Positions 55,817 through 64,000 of a DNA stretch of 64,000 bases are shown one piece after another. This DNA comes from a virus. Position 1 is the first letter of the stretch, and every line of letters starts with the position of its first letter. A program made the position numbers and the translations under genes. The notes under the pieces are model-generated. The model was given only the letters and a program-made list of their open reading frames with translations, was not told the DNA's origin and did no database searches. The DNA lies in the IMG/VR virus record IMGVR_UViG_3300033802_000463, positions 64,001-128,000 of that record. One strand, 5' to 3'.

Positions 55817-55990
55817 GTGCTTCAACGGTTTTTCATTCGTCCGTCTGGATCGGAATTTGCAATTATCGCGGTTGTCGGCGGCGTGGAGACGGAGGTCGAG
55901 CGCGGCGCAAAGGCGCTTATTCGAGGCAAGTTTTTGCATTACGTGAAGAATCGATCGGCACTTATTGAGAAAATTGGTGATCTGGCATGA
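55817..55990 (+). CDS. 57-aa hypothetical protein
   Basis: Hand-translated from GTG after AAAGGA; ATGA overlap with the next gene. Confidence 0.5.
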   Translation: MLQRFFIRPSGSEFAIIAVVGGVETEVERGAKALIRGKFLHYVKNRSALIEKIGDLA

Positions 55991-56160
55991 GGCGTCATCT
56001 TGCTTTTTGGATTGCCGTCGGCCTGTTGCTTCTCTTTACCATCCGCATCTGGCTTCCAGTTCTGATTGGATTGGCGCTTGCTATCATCGCCATTTGCTTT
56101 GTGGTCAAAGTATTTGCAGACGGTTATGATTTATGGAGGACTCTTTCTCGCAAGCGGTGA
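55987..56160 (+). CDS. 57-aa membrane peptide
   Basis: Hand-translated MRRHLAFWIAVGLLLLFTIRIWLPVLIGLALAIIAICFVV... Confidence 0.55.
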   Translation: MRRHLAFWIAVGLLLLFTIRIWLPVLIGLALAIIAICFVVKVFADGYDLWRTLSRKR

Positions 56161-56587
56161 CGCTTGCTTCTTGCCCTCCCCCGGGATCAGACCATTGCAT
56201 CCTATTGGGGCCACCCTGGCCCCCCTTTAAGAGGGCATACTTCCCCCAAAGGTATGAAGGTGCATGTTTTGGAACAATCAGCGATTCTTGATTGACTGTC
56301 ATGCTGCTTTTGCCGTATAGTGAGAAATGCTTCATGGCATCTATCAAGATTCTTTTTAGCGCTGTTCATTTTCCATTTTTGGAATCTTGTTCCATGTTTA
56401 TTCGTGCCATTTCTCACTTGCTTGCTGCATGATTAAAAATGCACCTATAAATTATACATAGCGGAAAACCTGGGGTATTTTAACCCCAGTTATTTCCATC
56501 TGGTATATTTCACAAAATTGTCACATTTTGTTCGCATTTTTTATCTATTATGGCTGACGCCATGTTTCCTTTTGGGGTGAGTTTTCC

Positions 56588-57109
56588 ATGTATGTAATAC
56601 AGTATCGTGATCACGCATCATTCGGTGAACTCCGCGTCGATCAAGTTCAGACTGAATCAGAATTGTACGGATTCTTTCGAGAAGATGGCGGCGCTATCGA
56701 TGTTATTCATTATTGGGAGATCCCTGGTACTGCAAATTTGTTTCGCCTAATTGTTGCAGGCAGCCGCGATTTCAATGATTACCCTCTACTCTGCTCCAAG
56801 CTTGATTATTTGCTTCAGAGACAGCCGTATACAATCATCGTATCGGGCGCAGCTCGCGGAGCTGATTCGCTTGGAGAAAGGTATGCACGAGAACACGGTC
56901 TGCCGATTGATCAATATCCTGCAGATTGGGTCAATTTAGGGAAGCGTGCAGGATATGTTCGAAACGAACAAATGGCGAAAGTGGCGAATGCATGTGTTTG
57001 CTTTTGGGATGGAGTTTCCCCTGGCACAAAAAGTATGATCAAGCTTGCCCGCCAGTATAATTTGGATACGCGCGTGATCATATATAAAAACAATCTTATC
57101 ACAAATTAA
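56588..57109 (+). CDS. SLOG-superfamily (DUF2493/YspA-like) protein
   Basis: LIVAGSRDFNDY...IVSGAARGADSLGERYA...AGYVRNEQM...FWDGVSPGT. Confidence 0.8.
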   Translation: MYVIQYRDHASFGELRVDQVQTESELYGFFREDGGAIDVIHYWEIPGTANLFRLIVAGSRDFNDYPLLCSKLDYLLQRQPYTIIVSGAARGADSLGERYAREHGLPIDQYPADWVNLGKRAGYVRNEQMAKVANACVCFWDGVSPGTKSMIKLARQYNLDTRVIIYKNNLITN

Positions 57110-57126
57110 TTTTTGGAGGCATTTGG

Positions 57127-57660
57127 ATGATACAAAACCCTTCCATGCAACGAGAAGATATTGAACGTTTTCTCTCTATTTGTCGTGAAAGTACGCCGGC
57201 TCTGCTTCAAGCAGCCGGCGTTTTTGTTGATTATTCAGAAGAATCGTTATCGCATTGCGAGGACTTTATCAATGCGATTTATCCGGTTGGACACATCCCG
57301 CATCCAACGACGGTCCTCCCTTTCGGCTATTACTTGGGAGAAACGATCATACGGAACATTCCAGATTCAAAGTGGGATGTTGATACACCAGCTGAAACGG
57401 TTTGGGATATTGGCGTCAAAATTGAAATACCTTTTGCAAGCGAAGACATGCCTCGAACACAAATCGTTCGGCCGTTTATGCGTGCTCAGAAGTTTTGGCG
57501 AGATCGATCGGATGGTCTTCGCGCCATGTACATACTTGTCAATCAATTGTCACTTGGATTTGTTGATCCCACGAAAGCCAAACCTGGCGAATGGATAGAA
57601 TTGCCTGTTGGCATCAAATTCCGTTACACAATTGCAATCAAGGAGGATTTAACAGAGTGA
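57127..57660 (+). CDS. Hypothetical protein (immunity-protein-like pattern)
   Basis: DYSEESL...FGYYLGETI...W; RBS GGAGG. Confidence 0.55.
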   Translation: MIQNPSMQREDIERFLSICRESTPALLQAAGVFVDYSEESLSHCEDFINAIYPVGHIPHPTTVLPFGYYLGETIIRNIPDSKWDVDTPAETVWDIGVKIEIPFASEDMPRTQIVRPFMRAQKFWRDRSDGLRAMYILVNQLSLGFVDPTKAKPGEWIELPVGIKFRYTIAIKEDLTE

Positions 57661-58097
57661 AAGAAGTAACGATCTATACAGATGGCGCATGCAGCGGCAA
57701 TCCTGGCCCAGGGGGCTGGGGTGCCGTTTTAATTTATGGAGAAATAACGGAGCAACTCAGTGGTTACGAACCGCATGCAACCAACAATCGCATGGAGCTG
57801 ATCGCAGTTATTGAATCACTAAAAGCGCTCAAAGAGCCTTGCCGCGTAAAAATCATCAGCGATTCGGCTTATGTCGTCAATTGCTTCAAACACAAATGGT
57901 ACGAATCCTGGATTGCAAAAGGCTGGAAAAACTCTCAAGGCAAGAAGGTCGAAAACCAGGAGCTTTGGGAGGAACTCCTGCATCTGATGACAATTCATCA
58001 GGTATTCTACCAAAAAACAAGAGGTCATGCTGATGATCAGTACAATAATCTAGCTGATCAGCTGGCTCGAAATGCAATTAAACAGCATGGTGCCTGA
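57657..58097 (+). CDS. rnhA: Ribonuclease HI (copy 2)
   Basis: All catalytic motifs present; GTG start after GGAGG. Confidence 0.92.
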   Translation: MKEVTIYTDGACSGNPGPGGWGAVLIYGEITEQLSGYEPHATNNRMELIAVIESLKALKEPCRVKIISDSAYVVNCFKHKWYESWIAKGWKNSQGKKVENQELWEELLHLMTIHQVFYQKTRGHADDQYNNLADQLARNAIKQHGA

Positions 58098-58172
58098 CGG
58101 CACAATTCGCTTCAGATTCCATCAGTTTTCATCAGATCACATCATATTCTATTCAAATTGGAGGTTTTTACC

Positions 58173-58361
58173 ATGAAACTCAGCTATTCCGTAAAAGATT
58201 TGCAAGTGAATATCCCGCTGCCAGAAGAGTTCACCGGTGCAGACGAACTTCTTTCCGTCAACATTCATATTGGCGAATTGAATTATTCTCTTGAAGATGT
58301 GACGGTTACTGATTTGGTCAGTGGCTTGAAGGAGATTATTTCCCTATTTCTTGACAAATAA
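58173..58361 (+). CDS. Small acidic protein
   Basis: RBS GGAGG. Confidence 0.55.
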   Translation: MKLSYSVKDLQVNIPLPEEFTGADELLSVNIHIGELNYSLEDVTVTDLVSGLKEIISLFLDK

Positions 58362-58419
58362 AAACTGGCCGCATTTTCCACTTCTTTGATTCATAACAAG
58401 GAGAGTAGAAGCCATAAAC

Positions 58420-58734
58420 TTGATTGATACAATTCTAAATCATGGGGTCGAGAACGTCTTCTTTCTCGCAAAGGCACGGCCGTTGAGGAAAGTCCTTTTT
58501 GTCTCCTACACATCTTCAAGCGATCCGGCAATTGAAATGATGTGCAAGATCGACACTAGCCGGTATAAGCTCGAAGACCAATACAAGATTACCATTGCTC
58601 CGATCTATGTAGGGTATGCTAAAGAAGATTACTATGTTACTGACTTGCAATCCATGCTGAATCGAGGATATGCCAAAATGTTGGTTCAGCTGCCTGTTGA
58701 GATACCGGCCAGGAAAACACTGCCGGTTATTTGA
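58420..58734 (+). CDS. Hypothetical protein
   Basis: RBS AAGGAG; 104 aa. Confidence 0.55.
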   Translation: MIDTILNHGVENVFFLAKARPLRKVLFVSYTSSSDPAIEMMCKIDTSRYKLEDQYKITIAPIYVGYAKEDYYVTDLQSMLNRGYAKMLVQLPVEIPARKTLPVI

Positions 58735-58835
58735 TTTTCATATTCCCTATTTTTCATAGAAAATATATTCTTATATGCTTATTATTGATGTTTATATATC
58801 ATATGTGTATTTGAATATATTTTCTAATGAACAAT

Positions 58836-58874
58836 GAAATAGGCGACATCCGAATCATGGGTGTCGCCTATTTC
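58836..58874. terminator. Hairpin between convergent genes
   Basis: GAAATAGGCGACATC/GGTGTCGCCTATTTC. Confidence 0.6.
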
Positions 58875-59710
58875 TTAATAAACCATCTTACGAAGAATGG
58901 AAGCGAGTTGATTATCTCCTGTTTCATTTCTTGCCTTAATTGTTTATCTTCCAGTCTTTGATTCAATTGTTCCATCAACACTCTGTCTCGGACTTCAACA
59001 TCTTGCCGCATGGTATTTACGGCATGATCGATGAGCTCCTTTTGCTTCTCATCTGAAGCCATGCTTTGCAAGGCGTTCATTGTTTCTGCTATTTTTTCTA
59101 TTTTTTCTTGCATCTCATCAATCCGGCTATCTCCTGGAAGCATAAGCATCTTCTCTTCCAATCGCTTATCGATGAGTGCGTTCATCCATTCCGTCAATTT
59201 TTGGATTTGTTCCTCGCTGGCTCCAGCGAACGGATCGGCCAGGTTCGTGTCGCGTCTTGGTTCGTCATCGTAGTCATCCCGATCAATGATGCGAAATGCA
59301 TCTGCCGAAACGATGCCAACCAGCTCCGCACAGCGCGACAGTTTGATGTTGTGGTGTTTTCGAAGCAGCAGCGCCATTTTGAGGCGAAAGACGGCTTGGT
59401 AGTCCATGATGACTGTGCGTCCACTCATCCGTGCCTCTATGTAATGGTTGAGCTGCTTTTGCCAGCTCCTCATGGTTGAAGGCTTGCAAAGGAAGTTGAT
59501 CGCCTGCTCATGGGTGCAGTACCACTCTTCAAAATCTGTAGTGGTATAGTCTGCCCCCTCTTTCAGGTTCTCGATGTAGTCGTCAAACAGATATTCAACA
59601 AGATCAAGCTTCACTATGAGCTTGAACAGTGGATCTTGCTTAAATTCTTGGCTCAATCGCTCACTCATGGGCATGCTAAGCGATGATGGTCGAATATGTT
59701 CATCCATCAA
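58868..59710 (-). CDS. MerR-like HTH plus coiled-coil protein (RacA/DUF3967-like architecture)
   Basis: AINFLCKPSTMRSWQKQL HTH; coiled coil; C-terminal amphipathic PFFVRWFIKK. Confidence 0.55.
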   Translation of the reverse strand: MMDEHIRPSSLSMPMSERLSQEFKQDPLFKLIVKLDLVEYLFDDYIENLKEGADYTTTDFEEWYCTHEQAINFLCKPSTMRSWQKQLNHYIEARMSGRTVIMDYQAVFRLKMALLLRKHHNIKLSRCAELVGIVSADAFRIIDRDDYDDEPRRDTNLADPFAGASEEQIQKLTEWMNALIDKRLEEKMLMLPGDSRIDEMQEKIEKIAETMNALQSMASDEKQKELIDHAVNTMRQDVEVRDRVLMEQLNQRLEDKQLRQEMKQEIINSLPFFVRWFIKK

Positions 59711-59956
59711 ATCAGATCACCTCAAATTTTATTCTAACCCAATGTGGCCTGATCTGTCACGATTTAGCTTTGTTTACCTTTTATCATATTTCATCAGATT
59801 TTATCAGGTTTTATTATTCTTTGTTTTTCTATTGTATTCTGATATGTTCTGATTGATTCTGTTAGTTTATGTTTCATTATTTATCCATTTAGAACATATC
59901 AGATCAAATCTGATAATTTTCCGATGAAATCTGATGTGGAAGAGAGGAGGATTTCA

Positions 59957-60556
59957 TTGAAACCGACAACATTGGGTGGAATCTACACCTCAATATTACT
60001 GTTAGTCGGATACGTGTTAAATTATCTTATCGTTCCAATTGCTTTATTATCTGCCGCGGTCGTAATCGCCGCGAGTTACTTTATTTTCAGCCGATTCACA
60101 TGGCAAAAGGATGCCAAAATCGATCAGCTAACCGGCTGCCACAATCGCGCTGCTTTAGAATCCTACCTGGAATCTTTCAACGGTCGGCAAGCATGCGTCA
60201 TGATGATCGACATTGACGATTTCAAGATGATCAATGACACCTTCGGTCATGATGCGGGTGATCGGATCCTCCGTGAGGTTGGCTACTTGCTTTCCAGTTA
60301 CGTGCGACCTGGCGAAGTATATCGATATGGGGGAGAGGAGTTTGCCATCATCATGAAAGATGTTCCGAATCACCATGTGTATGAGATTGCCGACCGGATC
60401 CGGAAAGCTGTTGAGCATAACGTAAACATCAATGGCCATCCGATCACTGTTTCCATTGGCATTGCATGTAGTGTGAATCCAAAAGTAGCACTGAAAGCAG
60501 CTGACGAGTTTCTTTATATATCCAAACGCAAAGGCAAAAACACAATTACCTATTGA
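59957..60556 (+). CDS. Membrane-anchored GGDEF diguanylate cyclase
   Basis: DQLTGCHNR, DIDDFKMINDTFGHDAGD, RYGGEEF, SIGIA; two TM helices; TTG start after GGAGG. Confidence 0.9.
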   Translation: MKPTTLGGIYTSILLLVGYVLNYLIVPIALLSAAVVIAASYFIFSRFTWQKDAKIDQLTGCHNRAALESYLESFNGRQACVMMIDIDDFKMINDTFGHDAGDRILREVGYLLSSYVRPGEVYRYGGEEFAIIMKDVPNHHVYEIADRIRKAVEHNVNINGHPITVSIGIACSVNPKVALKAADEFLYISKRKGKNTITY

Positions 60557-60633
60557 GCCTGACGACTCGCTTCATTTTAGAGAGTCGCAAATGCGGTTCT
60601 TTTTTGATTTCAAGAGAAAGGAGGTTGTTACGA

Positions 60634-61143
60634 TTGGCCGCTCTGTCTGGAAAATTCCACTACGATAAACTCCGTGTGGAAATGTGGGTGTCAGGTACAG
60701 CAGGAGAGGATGGTGCTGGTGGTTATTGCGCTCATTTGCACAGTGTGCTGGATGGGAACAAGTACACCAAAACTATCGCAGGCTTTGGGATTGGCGTGAC
60801 GCCGACTCGAATGACGCTGAAGGCCGTTCTGGAAGGCCTCAAGCAGATCAAGAATAAATGTTTTATCCATATTTACACCGGTATTCCGCAAGTGAGTGTT
60901 GGTTTGAACAAACATATTCATAGCTGGGCTAAAAAAGACTTCAAGCGATTGAATGGCGAAGACCTTCAACATGAAGATCTCTGGCGTCAAATCTACCATT
61001 TGCTTCAGGAAAAGGCGATCAGCTACAAAGTGCATTATTTGGGTGATTCGCCGATACCGGACAACAATGTAATGGTGATTCATACGGCCAGTCAATATGC
61101 CCAGCGCGCCAGAAAAAACTTCATGGAGGTGTCTTTATCTTGA
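60634..61143 (+). CDS. Degenerate RNase H-fold protein
   Basis: Aligns by eye to RNase HI, but the catalytic acidic residues are replaced (WVSG, RMTL, YTGI). Confidence 0.7.
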   Translation: MAALSGKFHYDKLRVEMWVSGTAGEDGAGGYCAHLHSVLDGNKYTKTIAGFGIGVTPTRMTLKAVLEGLKQIKNKCFIHIYTGIPQVSVGLNKHIHSWAKKDFKRLNGEDLQHEDLWRQIYHLLQEKAISYKVHYLGDSPIPDNNVMVIHTASQYAQRARKNFMEVSLS

Positions 61144-61397
61144 ACATGAATCGAATCGGTCCTATTATCGATCGAATTGCCGACAGCAATCGTCTGCTCA
61201 TACTTGTCTTTATTATCATTTTAGGTTTGTCATTGCTTATGGGTATCTATGCAGTCGTTTTGTTTATCGGGATTTCTATCTTGATGTATAGCTACATTCG
61301 CTGGTCGATCAATCAGGAAGCTGCCGAAGAGGAGAGTGAGCTGCATGAAACAAGTCAAAACCACTTGCAACAAATGCAAAACCGAAATCACGCTTGA
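61140..61397 (+). CDS. Small membrane protein
   Basis: Two hydrophobic helices; RBS GGAGGT. Confidence 0.55.
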   Translation: MNMNRIGPIIDRIADSNRLLILVFIIILGLSLLMGIYAVVLFIGISILMYSYIRWSINQEAAEEESELHETSQNHLQQMQNRNHA

Positions 61398-61560
61398 TTT
61401 TACCGGTCTTTCCTATGAAGAAGCGATTCGTCAAGTTGAGCGACTCGATAACCTTCCAAAAGAATGTCCAGGATTTCATGTTGAAATCGGCGGATGGAGA
61501 AAACGCTGGAATATGGATGAAGCCCTTCGGCAGGCTTATCCGGAGCAATACAAAAATTGA
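61345..61560 (+). CDS. Small Zn-binding hypothetical protein
   Basis: CNKC...ECPGFH. Confidence 0.5.
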   Translation: MKQVKTTCNKCKTEITLDFTGLSYEEAIRQVERLDNLPKECPGFHVEIGGWRKRWNMDEALRQAYPEQYKN

Positions 61561-61613
61561 GCCTGACGGCTCGCTTCATTGTAGAAAAATTAATCCGAGA
61601 GGAGATCATTTCT

Positions 61614-61877
61614 ATGCAGAATGTTGCCAATCAAATAATTGCGGCCGGCAGTGCAAAGGAAGTTCGTATGGCTATTTCGTCGCTCACTCCTGAACAACAA
61701 TATGAAGCGCTGAAAATGTCGGCCGAGCAAATTCTCGTCTCTGTTGAAGTCAACATCGCGCAGAAAAATCACCAAATCGCAATTTGGGAGCTGTCCAAAC
61801 TTGCGATTGTGGAAGATGAATTGCTCAAGGCTGAACGCCGCATGAACAACATTGTATCGGCTGGTGTTCACTTCTAA
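61614..61877 (+). CDS. Hypothetical helical protein
   Basis: RBS GAGGAG before ATG 61614. Confidence 0.55.
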   Translation: MQNVANQIIAAGSAKEVRMAISSLTPEQQYEALKMSAEQILVSVEVNIAQKNHQIAIWELSKLAIVEDELLKAERRMNNIVSAGVHF

Positions 61878-62020
61878 TGTTTTGGTTTTTTCTATTCTGC
61901 TTCATTGTTTTATCGGGGCAAATACAGTATCTGCCCCTTCTCTTTATTTTTTACTTCGTGGTCATGGCTTACAAGAAAACGAATTGAACATCATTCAAAC
62001 AAAACAATGGAGGGATTCAC

Positions 62021-63058
62021 ATGTTGGATCAAGTAAAAGCAATTGTCGAAAACGGTGTTAAAGTTGAAGTTCGCGATCAAAATCAATACTCGCAATATCC
62101 GGTCATTGTTACCGATGTTGCTCCGGAGTCCATCACAAACGGCTGGTTTTTGACGTACTATCCGCGTCTGATTACGAAAGGAAATCCGCGGCTGTACGAC
62201 GGTAAGGAAGCATTCTCGTCGCTGACGATTACCCATTTCAAGCGACTCTATGATCGGCTGATGGAGATCGACGCGCGATTTGCTTCCGGCGAAGGCGTAA
62301 CGGTTGGTGCGAACAATCAACGTACCGCGACTTATGAGTTCCCGGGTAAAGCTCGTTTCCATGTGCGCCAATTCAATGACAGCGTGACGATCAGTCTGTC
62401 GATTACGGATCCCGCTTCGCCGTTCCACATGCTGGCGATCAATTTCCGGATCGTGAACAGCAAGAAGGAGCAAGGCAAGCGGCATCTGATCGGCTCGGAG
62501 TCCCAATGGGATCTGAATACTGACTCGTTTGTGGAGCACAATGCGATTCTGTCTCCGAAGAAGAAACGCTATCTGCAAGTGTTCCAGGAGGATCAAAACA
62601 CGATCCCGTATGTTAAGGCGCCGAGCCGACCTGGTATGAATGGAACGACGCAAGTGGATCCGAACAACAGCGAGTTCCTGTATCTCATGGATATCGACAA
62701 TGCATACCGCGCACTTGCGTTCATCTATGAGCAAACGATTCTGGAACATGCAATGGCTGTAGCACTGCCTCTGGTACAAGCAAAACAAGCTCCGGCTTCC
62801 AATGCATTCGGCGCTCCTGCAACTGGCGGCTTCGATGGACAACATGCATTCGGCGCACCGGCGCAAACGGGATTCGGCTTCCCGGCTGCAGGCTTTGGCG
62901 ATCAAGCTGCTTCGTTCCAAAATCAAGCTTTTGGCGTTCAAGCGCAAGCACCAGCCAACAATCAATCGCAAAACGGGTTTGTGAAAGAGCCAGTAATGCA
63001 AAGCAGCAACCCGTTTATGCAAAAAGTAAATTGGGGCGATAATGACCGGGTATTCTAA
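62021..63058 (+). CDS. Hypothetical protein with low-complexity FG/Q-rich C-terminus (possibly ssDNA-binding)
   Basis: RBS GGAGGG; AFGAP repeats; acidic/aromatic end GDNDRVF. Confidence 0.6.
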   Translation: MLDQVKAIVENGVKVEVRDQNQYSQYPVIVTDVAPESITNGWFLTYYPRLITKGNPRLYDGKEAFSSLTITHFKRLYDRLMEIDARFASGEGVTVGANNQRTATYEFPGKARFHVRQFNDSVTISLSITDPASPFHMLAINFRIVNSKKEQGKRHLIGSESQWDLNTDSFVEHNAILSPKKKRYLQVFQEDQNTIPYVKAPSRPGMNGTTQVDPNNSEFLYLMDIDNAYRALAFIYEQTILEHAMAVALPLVQAKQAPASNAFGAPATGGFDGQHAFGAPAQTGFGFPAAGFGDQAASFQNQAFGVQAQAPANNQSQNGFVKEPVMQSSNPFMQKVNWGDNDRVF

Positions 63059-63076
63059 TGCCCGGCCATTATCCTT

Positions 63077-63113
63077 AAAAAAAGAGAGCAGATTTTCTCT
63101 GCTCTCTTTTTTT
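63077..63113. terminator. Bidirectional intrinsic terminator
   Basis: A7-GAGAGCAGA/TCTGCTCTC-T7. Confidence 0.8.
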
Positions 63114-63321
63114 ATAAAAGATTACCCCCCCAGGGATGCGCCCCCCTCAGATGCAGCGATGTCTTGAAATTTATTTCAACAAGCTGTTATAAATGTATTG
63201 TTGTGGGCCGCTTTCTGATGGTATATTTGTATTTCTGATATATTTCTGCAATAGTTTGGGATTTACTGTGATTTTTCTTTAGAATTTGGTATACTATTTA
63301 TATTGGAAAGGAGGGAATCGG

Positions 63322-64000
63322 ATGATACAAGTGCGAATGCAGTACGGTAATATTTATCTGAAGATTCTCGACAGCATGGAAACATTCGATCATACACTTG
63401 AAAAAGTTCGCATGATTCGAAACCGCGGTTTTAACCTGGAAACCGGCGAATGGATGTTTGACCGGGAATACATCGGCGATTTGCTTGTGCTGTTTGGCAA
63501 TCAGATTACATGGATGACGCCTCTGCACGAAATTGTCAACGGTCTCTCCCTGGATCATGAACTGGTGCAAAAGCATCTTCAATGGGAAGCGGATAACGAA
63601 TTTAAGAACTTTTTGCTGCCCATGTATCCTTATCAGAAAGTGGGCGCGAACTTTTTGATTGACCGAGGCTGCGCAGCAATTTTTGACGGTTGCGGCCTGG
63701 GCAAAACCCCCCAGCTCATAGGCGCATGCGAAAAGCTGTATGAACAGGGACTTGCAAAAAAAATGCTGATTATCACGCTCAGTTCGCTCAAGCGCCAGTG
63801 GGTCAAGGAGATTGAGAAATTTACCGGCAAGCCGGCCATTGCGGTAACCGGCACTCCTTCGAGACGAGCTTCGTTAATCAAAGAGTTTGCGAAGAAGAAA
63901 GATGTGCAGTACTTGGTCATCAATTACGAAATCCTTTGGAACGATACATTGCGCAAGTTGATTAAAAATACACCATTTGATGTGGTAGCGCTCGATGAGG
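63322..64000 (+). CDS. SNF2-family helicase (truncated at window edge)
   Basis: Hand-translated MYPYQKVG...FDGCGLGKT...QWVKEIEKF...INYE...VVALDE. Confidence 0.85.
   Translation, partial: MIQVRMQYGNIYLKILDSMETFDHTLEKVRMIRNRGFNLETGEWMFDREYIGDLLVLFGNQITWMTPLHEIVNGLSLDHELVQKHLQWEADNEFKNFLLPMYPYQKVGANFLIDRGCAAIFDGCGLGKTPQLIGACEKLYEQGLAKKMLIITLSSLKRQWVKEIEKFTGKPAIAVTGTPSRRASLIKEFAKKKDVQYLVINYEILWNDTLRKLIKNTPFDVVALDE

Larger units (their letters stand above)
51759..61578 (+). promoter_or_regulatory. Dispersed intergenic hairpin motif RNGSC-TGAY-GSCNY-NN-TTC (about 9 copies within this span)
   Basis: Copies start at 51759, 52952, 53210, 54130, 54896 (TGTC loop), 56550, 58090, 60555 and 61559; stems covary. 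Confidence 0.8.

Noticed and set aside
60559-60595. CTGACGA as a hammerhead core
   Set aside because: No R-Y closing pair followed by GAAA; it is a copy of the UGAC hairpin motif.
51759-61578. CRISPR array or integron attC cassettes as the explanation for the repeated hairpins
   Set aside because: Too short, irregularly spaced by whole genes, no GTTRRRY cores, and no cas or integrase gene in the window.

Overview
This window is part of a large contractile-tailed (myovirus-like) phage of a Bacillota host. It is probably a phage-plasmid, because it carries a ParM/ParR-like partition pair and no integrase is visible in the window. LEFT ARM (1-45.6 kb, all minus strand): two giant proteins at the tape-measure position, one with a DEDDh exonuclease domain and one with an SNase-like domain. 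These are followed by tail chaperones, three tube-like paralogs, a sheath and a short sheath paralog, neck and Ig-like proteins, major capsid, protease/scaffold, a portal-MuF fusion, and terL split by a group I intron carrying a LAGLIDADG endonuclease. Then come parM/parR, eight tRNAs with two odd structured RNAs, and accessory genes including a Tad2-like gene and a terminase-ATPase paralog. RIGHT ARM (45.8-64 kb, almost all plus strand): an early/accessory region headed by a YonO/RdRP-family RNA polymerase (DxDGD motif), with three RNase H-fold genes, YodL, SLOG, GGDEF, a MerR-like HTH and an SNF2 helicase. The most striking signal is an RNA-level layer in the right arm. It has three apparently intact self-cleaving ribozymes in intergenic spacers (a minimal HDV-like at 46009-46063 and type III hammerheads at 52294-52350 and 55427-55481), each just behind a hairpin. 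A 27/28-nt long-range inverted repeat brackets the polymerase gene. A covarying C(UGAC)G hairpin motif recurs about 9 times in front of genes. All calls were made by eye from motifs; no database searches or folding programs were run.
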